In this document: positions 54,716 to 64,000 of the stretch, one piece after another | How positions within the stretch are numbered: position 1 is the first letter of the stretch | Layout: every line of letters begins with the position of its first letter | Assembly (NCBI GenBank): GCA_040285825.1 | Contig: JAUPSS010000011.1 | Span: forward strand, 755,658 to 819,657 | Reading direction: 5' to 3' | Source: Eukaryota sp. TZLM1-RC | Lineage: Eukaryota; Protista; Metamonada: BaSk clade | Length of the DNA stretch: 64,000 nucleotides | Notes under the pieces: generated by a model | What the model saw: the letters and a program-made list of their open reading frames with translations, nothing else | Told to the model about the DNA's origin: nothing | Databases searched by the model: none | Made by a program: the position numbers and the translations under genes

Positions 54716-56936
54716 TTCCTCACTAACTTCAGGATGAGTACATAACATCAAACACTCCATATCCTTAGTGTCATGGTTCTTGGAGGCAGAAAAGTAGACA
54801 TCACGATAACTTTTCAAAACATCACTGTTGAATGTATGGAGAAACACCGATATCAAGCACACTCGTCGACTCAATTGAAGATAACTTAATAAGGAGATTA
54901 TGGAATAATTCTTAAATTACAAGTAGAGTATCAATCCACACCATTAATGGACCTAGTTGTTAGAATAGAAAACTTAAAAAATAAAAAAATAAATAAAATA
55001 ATAGAAAAATAAAGAATTCAAAAAAAGGAGACCTTACAAATCACTTGGCTTTGACTTAGAAACTTACATAGATCCAAAAGCATGTAGACTATACAGATAC
55101 ACGTAATCAGATCTTTCTTGACCGTAATCAAGTTCAAACAGTTAAAAACTAAATGATTGGTGATTACTCCGTCGTTTTTGTATTTATGATGGACCCTAAA
55201 TAATGAGAATTACTCCCAATATTTGGTAGAGACCCCGATAAAACTTCTGCAAATATGTAAAATTACCATAAACTAAAGCAATGATCAGTAATAGAAATGA
55301 AAAAACGTAAACTCATAACAATAGAAAGATGACAAGGAACTTAAAATTAACAGGCCTGGGTTAGTAACAAAACACAATTAATTGGGAAAAATCAAAAATC
55401 TGAAACCAATACATATACTTATTTACCAAAAAGACCTCATTCAGATTAAAATAAATATACAAAACAAAGACGACAGAAATACTATCTGAATAGGCAAATC
55501 TTAGGCAAAAAAACTATTTTAAAACAAAATGTTAAACAACTAGAATGGTAATGATCATTTTTTCCAAATTAAAGTAGATATTTGTGGTAGTCTTAACAAT
55601 AATACTTTCACTATATTTAATCATGGCCAATTATAAAATAAATAACAAATCTTAGTTAAATAATACTAAAAAATAAAATAAAATAAAATAAAATTCAGTA
55701 ACGGAAAAGCACTTGGGACTAAATGATTTCATAGTGGTACTCAAGTGATACTTATAAACAATATAATTCGAATTAAAAGTAAATCAAAATTCGAGTCAAA
55801 ATACCAATAAAGCAAATGAACCAAACAAATGGTGTCTTGTAGGGGTTCAAATCCCCAGTGTGAGCGAAAAACCAACAGTCGAGCGTTCGATTCCCAGTGA
55901 AGGCGAAAAATAAAAAAGATTTGATAAGCAAGGAAATAAAGAAAGTGAGTGCGAGAGGAGTGCGAAAGGAGTGCGAGAGGAGAGAAGCTGCTAAACAAAC
56001 AAGTCAAAGTGTTAGGAATGCGACTCAGGTGGTGAAACATTGAATCGATCCACTGGAAGAAAATCTAGGTGGAAACAAGTGAGATAAGTGGTCAGTGCAG
56101 AGAAGTGAGAGAGCAAGGTCATCAAGAGAGAAGGAAAGAAAAACAATGTATCGAGTAATGGAAAGCATGTAACGTAGAGTAATGTAAAGGATTGTATGAA
56201 TGATGAAGGGTGGTTTGAGCACTGTAGCAGTCAAAGTTAATACAGTACATGATAATATATGTCTAAATTGATGGTGACAACAGTGGAAACAGTAGTTTTT
56301 GAATTCCAAACGTTCCTAAGTTAACTCTTTGATCATTAATAAGGTTTTAACAGAACGAAACGTAGAGATTCAGTATCTGATGGTCATGTGTAAGCTGCTG
56401 GTAATGACAGAAGACAGTAGTGTTTGAAAACCAAACGTGCCAGTGTCAAATGGTAAGTAGTTTTAAGAAAAATGTGTCATCAGGTCTTGAAGAGATGTTT
56501 GTTAAAGCCAAGGGAGAAAAAGAGCACCATGGGTAGAATGGATATATGAACTACTGATTTGAGAACACATCCGATTTCAATCAAGGGTTTTCACTGTTAG
56601 TTTACTGACCATTTTAATTTGTACTAATAACTAATTAGTATTTATTGAATAAAAACAATTACCATATCACAAATTCTTCATAAGATATCTCCAATCTGGT
56701 TTCAATCATAGAATAACCATAGAATAATCATAGAAGTAACTGACTAACTTTGCATGAAATGTGACCATAAAGTCCAAAATGATTAGGATTGAACGGTTTG
56801 ATGGAGTTTGTGTTTCATGCTGTAAGTTCAGCTTTTTTATTGACCAGATTAATTGTTTTTTAAATATAAATTTTTCAAAACCTTGAACATCATTTTAAAC
56901 ATTATTTTCTCAAATTTTCAATTTTTTCGATAAATT
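54716..56936 (-). repeat. ~2.2-kb inverted repeat, right arm
   Basis: Reverse complement of 37668-39897. Confidence 0.92.
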
Positions 56937-56944
56937 GCTTCTAT

Positions 56945-57330
56945 TGTTTTGGATTTTTTATGGCGTTCACGGATTCAATTTGCCATTATTAATAGATTAC
57001 CTCGGTTTTTCAATCGAATTAGAGAAGCTTTAGCTAGATAGCAAGCAGATCAAGATTTTGTAGAGGAAATCTTGGTTCAATGATAGTCGTCCCATAAGTT
57101 ATGAGTTAATTTAATTAAGTGTGCAAATTCAATAAATACATTTTTGTTTATATTTTTTATTTATTGAAAAACTTATAAATCAACATCTAAATAAGCAATC
57201 TCTCCCAGAACAAAACAACTGGATGCAATTTTCTCATAAAGAGATCCAAGAGAAAGCAAAGCATCAGACAAGATCTTCAACATATCCTTAAAAATAGAAA
57301 ACGCATTTTTATTTTGCCAAAACAATCTGA
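56945..57330. mobile_element. Tail-to-tail 3' stubs of family B (+, 56945-57140) and family C (-, 57160-57330)
   Basis: Match the 3' ends at ~31950-32130 and ~28420-28590. Confidence 0.8.
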
Positions 57331-58788
57331 TTTCCAAATGGAAAAAATATTCTGAGCGTCAGATCTAACAGCTTCTGTCTGGGATTCTGGAAAGAAAATT
57401 GAAAAAATTGTAGAAAATTGTCGGTTAAATTTTTACCGATAGTGAAAGTATTTTTTTTTGAGTTTGATTTTGCCAAAACCACTGCATTTAATCAAAGAAA
57501 TAATTGAAAACTTTTTCTTTTTTAATGATTGTAAAACTGCAGGAAGTAACTGAATGAAATAGAAAGTAACTGAAATGAATTATTTGAAATAATTGATCTC
57601 CAATCAATCTGGGATAATGATTTCGAAAAAATACCTTTAATAGCAACAATGTGGACCATCCATCAAAATTACATATTCTTTAATACAGAATTGATGTTGT
57701 GGCAATATTCTAAAGAGGTAACTTTTATAACCTTTTTGTTTTATAAAGACGAACTGTTTCCTACAGCATACTTGTGAAAACTACTTTGGCTAAACTTCGT
57801 GCAATTGCTATACCTTATGAGTTGCAAGCGTCTTCAATTGTACACATCGATAACTTCCGTTGAATCTGCAACAATTGGTAGTTAATTACAATATTGTATA
57901 TGCAATGTGGACTATCAGTTTAAAACTTTGGGCAAAAACCAATAACTACGCCTTTTTGGAGTTGATGTCACGCAAAACATAAGGAAGTAACAATAGCTCC
58001 ATCTAACAAACAGACAGCCTGAGCTTTCAGATTTTGATCTAACAATAAGGGAAGGATTTCATCGCACGCAGTTGTACGCAATTGCAAGCGTGTTTGGCCC
58101 CAGCCTATTGCATCAAAAAACAAAGCCACGTCTAATACGTAATTGTTTTAAAAACAAACAAAGTAGGTGTTTGCAAAAAGCTCCATTGGATTACCTTTAG
58201 TTTATTGAAATCGTTCTAAAACTAAATTGTTCACTTACAAGGACATTACACATTACCAATAAAATAGGCATATCTATATAAATCCTGATCAGTGACATTG
58301 ATCAAATTCTTTTTATACACAGATTTTTGACATTACCATAGCAATAATGAAATCAATTTCAATCCTCCAAAGCAAAATTTGGAATAATTGTAGTAGATGG
58401 ATTTCATCACATTCAAAAGACTTCAGAAGACTTCAGAAGACTTCAGAAGATTTTACTGGAGAGAAACCAAATACTCGGTTGTTTGTCGTTAGTATTGTGC
58501 CAGCAACCTTAATTTCAACCCATATACTGGAAATTCAGATTAATTAGCAGTTAAAAACTACTCAATTTGAGCAGCAAATATTGTCATTATTATCTCTAGT
58601 TTGGATTATTTTTATTGGTAATTTACACGTATTTTATAAATATTATTGGATCAATTACAAGGCCAAAGCTCTTTACCCTAGCCCGAAGCCTTCAGCCACC
58701 ACCTGCAGCCCTAATTCAGATATTCACACACTTGAATATACTGTGGTATTGGATTGTACAGTATGAGAAAAAACACTTATTAAAACAC

Positions 58789-60621
58789 CTATTTTGATGG
58801 AGTAACTGATAAGCTCTCTATTGAGGGATAAATCGGGTCTGTTTTAAGAAATGCATAAAACTTGTATAAATTGGAAAGTGATATCCCCAATTGCTCCGCA
58901 ACAGTGTTGAAAACTTGCTGAAATTTGTTGATGTTGTCCTTGAAAGGATCCTTTACACCACACCCCAGGACAGAACTGAGTTGACCATTACTTAGAATTG
59001 CATATGCCAGCAAAGAACTTTCTTTTTCATCGAAGAAATGTAAGAAATCTTTAATGTATGTAGAATAATATTCTGTAGAAACCTGAAAGTTATTACAAAA
59101 ACAGTAGTTACAGAGCAACAAACGATACCAGATACTGTAACGATTCAAAGAGCGAAGCACTTCGACAAGCTTCGAACCATGAGTGAACTTCGGGACATGG
59201 CTCTGAAGTTCTTCTTCAAATGTTGTAAAGTCTTCAGGAGATATCCAAACATTACAGAGAGGCAAGTTTTGCTCAAGATTGGGACATTCCGTAGAATCCA
59301 GTAGAAAATGGTTTTCGCGAAGAAATTGAAGTAGGTCAGATTTCCACTCATCAAGACTTGGATCTTGATGGTAAAGATATCCGAGAAAGTCTTCGTCCAC
59401 ATATAATGTATCCAAATCACAAAGTCTATTCTTGATATTGTTGTTGAAGTAATCAATGAACTTTGCTGATGTGACTTTACCGAACTCGCAATACGCTCGC
59501 AGTTGTGGTTCCAACGATGAAATTTGCTTTTTCCAAAATCGGAAATTCCAGTCATATTTGAGGCAATACTGGTAATAGTGTAACACAAGCGAATGAATTG
59601 TATTTGCTGAGTCAGCTGTTTCATGTTCCAATTTTTCAAACAATTCCAGGCGCTTTTCACGTAAATTTAGCAGATGAATGTTGCTATTGTTGGTCGTAAT
59701 CAATTTAATGTCACTAATTCTCTGGTCCACTCCCTCTCTAAACTCATCTGTCTTTAAACGTTCAAATAACTTCAGAAGTTCTTCTTGCTTACGAATATCG
59801 AAAGGAGTTTCCAATGTCAATTTAGCATGCAAATCGTGGCAAAATTGCTCAATTTTAGTGGTTGATTTTCGGCGTACTAAATAACCTATATGACATAGGT
59901 GGTTATAGATTGCAGTAGCAAGCCCTGGAAATCCTGCATTGGCAATAGTTTCAGGTACGATTGCACAGGGTCTATAGATATTGGTGAACATTCCTTCACC
60001 TGATTCATTGGATAAATTATGGCTCATACCATCAGAGCCCTTCCTATGTTTATATCCATAGTCAATCCATTGTTTATGGAAATCAACTTCCTGAACCACG
60101 TAACCAAGCACATCCAACTTGCTGGAATCATAGTAATGACCACGATCTTTAAATCCAGATATATAAACAGCTCCATAGGGATGTAACACACTTCTTGCGG
60201 CAGAGAGAAAGCGTTGTTGTAGTCTGATGTTTCTATTTGTGATACCGCTGTCATAAGAACCATCATAGGGAAAGTTGAACCAGATTTCGTCAAATCCAAT
60301 GGATCCATCGGAAGAAGGATGTTTGCGGAGCCACCCTTTGAGCCAATCATTATTGTTTAAATCTGTTGCATCCAAGTTGATACTAATGTCTACAACTTTG
60401 GCAAGTTTGGTTAGTTCATTACGATGTTGCTCAACATCCAAGTCAGAAGAAATTTCTGATGCAACCATGAACACCTCGAGCTCCTTTTCATTGGCATAGT
60501 GAAGATAAGCTTGAGAAAATGAGAAATCACCATCACCGACAGTAAGTACACGAATGCGAGTAGGATGTTTAGCATCTGTACAGTTGAAATTATGTGAGGA
60601 TGCAGAGGGTGATTCTGCCAT
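58789..60621 (-). CDS. BMT5/DUF2431-like SAM-dependent rRNA methyltransferase domain plus ~400-aa unknown C-terminus
   Basis: VLTVGDGDFSFS, LDATDL, FDEIWFNFP, F..AA..L, GYKH motifs; intact 610-aa ORF from ATG 60621. Confidence 0.8.
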   Translation of the reverse strand: MAESPSASSHNFNCTDAKHPTRIRVLTVGDGDFSFSQAYLHYANEKELEVFMVASEISSDLDVEQHRNELTKLAKVVDISINLDATDLNNNDWLKGWLRKHPSSDGSIGFDEIWFNFPYDGSYDSGITNRNIRLQQRFLSAARSVLHPYGAVYISGFKDRGHYYDSSKLDVLGYVVQEVDFHKQWIDYGYKHRKGSDGMSHNLSNESGEGMFTNIYRPCAIVPETIANAGFPGLATAIYNHLCHIGYLVRRKSTTKIEQFCHDLHAKLTLETPFDIRKQEELLKLFERLKTDEFREGVDQRISDIKLITTNNSNIHLLNLREKRLELFEKLEHETADSANTIHSLVLHYYQYCLKYDWNFRFWKKQISSLEPQLRAYCEFGKVTSAKFIDYFNNNIKNRLCDLDTLYVDEDFLGYLYHQDPSLDEWKSDLLQFLRENHFLLDSTECPNLEQNLPLCNVWISPEDFTTFEEELQSHVPKFTHGSKLVEVLRSLNRYSIWYRLLLCNYCFCNNFQVSTEYYSTYIKDFLHFFDEKESSLLAYAILSNGQLSSVLGCGVKDPFKDNINKFQQVFNTVAEQLGISLSNLYKFYAFLKTDPIYPSIESLSVTPSK

Positions 60622-61026
60622 GTAAAAGAATGAGAGAATTACCAAATTAGTCTAAAGCAGTTTTTGAAATTACTTGGCAAAATAAAATCCATTCCATTTC
60701 CATATCCACTTTTGAATTCCATTTCCATTTCCACATTCTCATAGGTTGATTCCAAACAGTCTATTTACGTTTATCAAGATACAGATTAAAGTTAACCATA
60801 CTGACCTTGACAGTGTTGTAGCAATTGATCGAAGTGGTTTGTTATTTGTTAATTCATTAAAGTACTTCTTATGTAGGTATGAACAAATCATTTTTCTGAC
60901 AATTAATTATATAGAAAACTTATTCGACTACCTATTTTTTACTTCAGTGTTTCAAGTATTTTTTTGAACCACACTTTCAACTCAGATAAGATTTCTAATA
61001 AAAGCGATGACATTCTGGCACGATGT

Positions 61027-61218
61027 TTAAATGGACCCAGCGACTGAAAAGAAGGATTCACAACGAACTGTTGTTTCTGGGCCTGCTAGAAAACTCAAAG
61101 CTAGAGGAAATAATTTTGGAAAAGCATCTTCTTTCCACCATTCAGTAGGATCAGTACTCAAGTGAATTGTTTCTTCAGATAAATACAGAGTTGCCGCCCA
61201 AACGAAAATATGTTTCAA
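61027..61218 (-). pseudogene. hAT transposase C-terminal dimerisation-domain relic
   Basis: DPTEWWK..FPKL..LA..L..P.T.V.CESFFS.AG; a second relic (KRRNRL) lies at ~61530. Confidence 0.75.
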
Positions 61219-62094
61219 AATGCGTTTTTTCGTCAGAGCTGCGTATTTTTCAACTGAATAACCTAATGTGGATGAAATTCTATACTACATGTAACCAGTA
61301 AACACATTGTAACTATAATTTATTGTAAAACCCAAACACCAACAATAGATCAGTTCATTGCCTAAGAAACTAGGACTGTCAATCTACTTTTGCTTCTAAC
61401 TGCTGAACGCCAACATTCAACACCTTGATACATTCTTTCGTCTTGTTGTCTTCTTGACAATCTTCTCCTTGAGGAAAACTTGCCAGAAAATTATACACTG
61501 CAACTAACTGGTCTACACGCTCTTCGGTGAGTCTATTTCTACGCTTAAAATCAATTCAATGTAGACTCACAATCTCTCAACGGCAGAAGCAGACACAAAT
61601 TGGGACAATATAAATATGTATATATTTATAGTGAAAGTAGTCAGTTTTCTGACAAAATGATATATCGTTTTCAATAAATAGAATTGACGAAGAATTTTAA
61701 GTTTTCATTATTGCATTTTTAGGAACTTCGTCTAAATAAACATTAATATAACCATAATCTTTCCAAATTAAGTCTTCATTGACTACAAGGTCCTTCTTTA
61801 ATGTTTCTAAATCAGGAGTAAATTATGAGATGGATAGTTACTAGACACTTCGCTAGAAGGGGCGCTACTTTTACATCTTCTTGTCAAAATAAATACTTTT
61901 GGAGTATCAGATTCGATATTGATACCCCACCTTTTGGGGTGGACAGGAGATAGTACCCTAGCCCGAAGCTCTTCAGCCACCTCATGCAACCCTAATTCAG
62001 ATGCTTGTGAATAAAATCTTCACTTCTCTGAAAACCAGATGACTCATGGATGTTGTGCAAGAACCACAGATCCCAGGATCCGAATCCTCAATCG

Positions 62095-62255
62095 GATTCA
62101 ATTTGCCTTTATTAATAGATTACCTCAATTTTTCAATAGAATAAGAGGAGCTTTAGCTAGACAGCAAGCAGGTCAAGATTTTGTAGAAGAAATCTTGGTT
62201 CAATGATATCCGTTAGTGATGAATTAATTTAATTAAGCGCGCATGTTCAATAAAT
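62095..62255 (+). mobile_element. Family B 3' stub
   Basis: Matches ~31965-32130, including the downstream junction sequence. Confidence 0.8.
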
Positions 62256-62643
62256 AGTATTTTTAAAAATTCTGCAAAATTCAAGAGAAATTGAACCAGA
62301 TTGACCCAATCCATGTTTTAATAGTAAAGCCTGTTTTCTGAGGATTTTTGGAATTAAATCTTTATTTTTATTATTTTTCCAAATTTGAGTATTGTCATCT
62401 TCAATTGCATTCTCAAATAGAGGGTCATTGTTATTTTTGACTATTTGTTGTTCAGATCTTATTTTAAAGAACCAAGAAGAAAAAATAGGTAGGTCCTGGT
62501 GTCTACTTAGGGATGAAATTGATGGGATATCTTCGAATTCCGAATCAGAATCATCGTCGAGTGGAGGTATCTCGTAATTTGAAAGTAAAGTATTTGGCAT
62601 ATTTATGCTACAAATAGAAGGAGTTTCCTCGTTTTGATCCAAA

Positions 62644-62758
62644 TGTTAGCCTTGGATAATATTTATAATAGTTTACTTATAGTTTATTATAGTTATTGTA
62701 TTATTGCGCCCATGCGCTTAAGTTAAGGGAAATCCTCATTCCCTTGTAATAAATTACA
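62644..62758 (+). mobile_element. Putative short 5' LTR
   Basis: TGTTA...ATTACA ends, AATAAA at 62748, followed 15 bp later by a long ORF. A second LTR is not in the window. Confidence 0.4.
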
Positions 62759-62773
62759 TTAAAGGTATACTCA

Positions 62774-64000
62774 ATGTCTAACCCCCACAGATCATCAATA
62801 CGTATTGGATCACCTTTGGGTGGTTCCAATGACAACTCCGAGACTGTTAGGACTGATCCTCCTACGTCTCACTCTTCGAGTTCTTCCTCCCGAACTCCTC
62901 AGTCGGGACCAGAACAACCCTCTGGTGGCGAGAGAAGTGATACTTCCTCTCAACCCTCGGGTCAAGGTTCCACTCTATCTACGGATGACGTTCCTGTGGT
63001 TCCTATCAGTCTTCCTGTTCCTCCCTCTAATGTGGAAAACTTTGTACCTCTTTCTCCTCCCCCTGGTTCTGAAGGAGAGGTTGAAGATTCCCTTTTAGGT
63101 CCTGAACAGTTCAGTACTTTAGATGAATATCTGAAGTATATCATCAACCAGACTGACCCTGACTCGGCTAGCAACAAGATATCTGAGCTGTTGAAGCTCA
63201 AGAGGGTAGAGCCTCCCTCTTCACCTATTGTTTGCGCTCCTGTTGCCCCTTCCACTTCTTCTACGGAAGCTCCTGGGGAAGGACAACAAGTTCCTTCCAC
63301 TTCTTCTACGGAAGCTCCTGGGGAAGGACAACAAGCTCCTTCCATTCCTTCTAGAGAAGTTCCTATGGAAAGCAGCCCTCCGCAACAACCAGCTCCTCCT
63401 GCAGTCCCTGCTGGTAGCCCAAATCCTACTACTCCTTCTCAAGAAGTTCCTGTAGCAGGCCTTCCTGATACTTCTGTTCCTACTACGGTAGCTCATACAG
63501 AAGTCCATTCAACTCCATCTGTTCCTCCTTCGGGAGTTCCTACTAGAGGAGTAATTCATGTCCCTCCAACCTCTGGCCAGACTCCTCAGCAAGGTCACGT
63601 TGTTTCTTCTGTTCCTGCTGCTTGGCAGGTGCTTAGTGCTGCACAGCCTAACACCTATCAAACCCCAAGCCAGCCCCAGGAATCAGATTCTCCTTTCATC
63701 TCTACCCAACAGAGAACTGAAGCTCAAAACTTAGTTCTCAATGCTGGTATTGAGTTAATGCTAGGAGATCCTGCATCGATTCCTCCCAATGAACTCATTG
63801 CTGCTTTACCCCCATTTTGGGGTCCAGAAGTGGTTAATGATCACGGCTTTAGGATCCGCAGAAGAATAGGTCCCTACTTCCCAACGGAGGAAGTAGACAA
63901 TCTTACGGTTCGTTGTGACCCTCCTCCAATTTATCCTCAACGGGATACTGTTGGAGGGTTCAGAACTCCTCGTGAAGGTGTACAGAGGATCTTCGCTGGT
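62774..64000 (+). CDS. Pro/Ser-rich ORF open to the window end (409+ codons), possible gag/ORF1
   Basis: ATG at 62774 with no stop to 64000 (MSNPHRSSIRIG...); 45-bp tandem duplication (PSTSSTEAPGEGQQ x2) at ~63249-63345. Confidence 0.7.
   Translation, partial: MSNPHRSSIRIGSPLGGSNDNSETVRTDPPTSHSSSSSSRTPQSGPEQPSGGERSDTSSQPSGQGSTLSTDDVPVVPISLPVPPSNVENFVPLSPPPGSEGEVEDSLLGPEQFSTLDEYLKYIINQTDPDSASNKISELLKLKRVEPPSSPIVCAPVAPSTSSTEAPGEGQQVPSTSSTEAPGEGQQAPSIPSREVPMESSPPQQPAPPAVPAGSPNPTTPSQEVPVAGLPDTSVPTTVAHTEVHSTPSVPPSGVPTRGVIHVPPTSGQTPQQGHVVSSVPAAWQVLSAAQPNTYQTPSQPQESDSPFISTQQRTEAQNLVLNAGIELMLGDPASIPPNELIAALPPFWGPEVVNDHGFRIRRRIGPYFPTEEVDNLTVRCDPPPIYPQRDTVGGFRTPREGVQRIFAG

Noticed and set aside
37668-56936. 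Polinton/Maverick with long TIRs
   Set aside because: No protein-primed polymerase, integrase, ATPase or capsid ORFs, and no TSD.
57400-58150. Possible hAT catalytic relic (FDGWS on the minus strand)
   Set aside because: Single short motif, no open frame, and supporting motifs are not in the expected order.
58417-58450. (AAGACTTCAG)x3 tandem
   Set aside because: Ordinary slippage minisatellite with no further structure.

Overview
AT-rich eukaryotic (protist-like) repeat/heterochromatin-type region. 1-~21 kb is a tandem array of a ~461-bp monomer (~28 units, open at the left edge). It carries five insertions of non-LTR retrotransposons of the restriction-like-endonuclease (RLE, CRE-like) type from four families, each bounded by a readable target-site duplication (TSD). 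One is a full-length ~3-kb element, one is 5'-inverted and one is self-nested. Immediately right of the array are an intron-containing tRNA-Tyr, a small PPxY membrane-protein gene and a frameshifted ~700-codon Fanzor1 (eukaryotic TnpB) gene. The Fanzor has all three RuvC acidic motifs and a structured 3' omegaRNA-like segment. Directly upstream, with no spacer, lies an apparently inactivated family-B DNA polymerase 3'-5' exonuclease domain; this possible exonuclease-Fanzor fusion or pair is the most novel candidate in the window. The rest is a mosaic of RLE retroelement fragments, three more tRNAs (Ala x2, Gly), a segmental duplication, a 2.2-kb inverted repeat pair and decayed Tc1/IS630 (DD34E), MULE and hAT transposases. 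It also holds a BMT5/DUF2431-like methyltransferase gene with a long unknown tail and a probable LTR-element start at the right edge. Many frameshifts fall in homopolymers, so some 'pseudogenes' may be long-read errors. Family letters A-G are my own labels.
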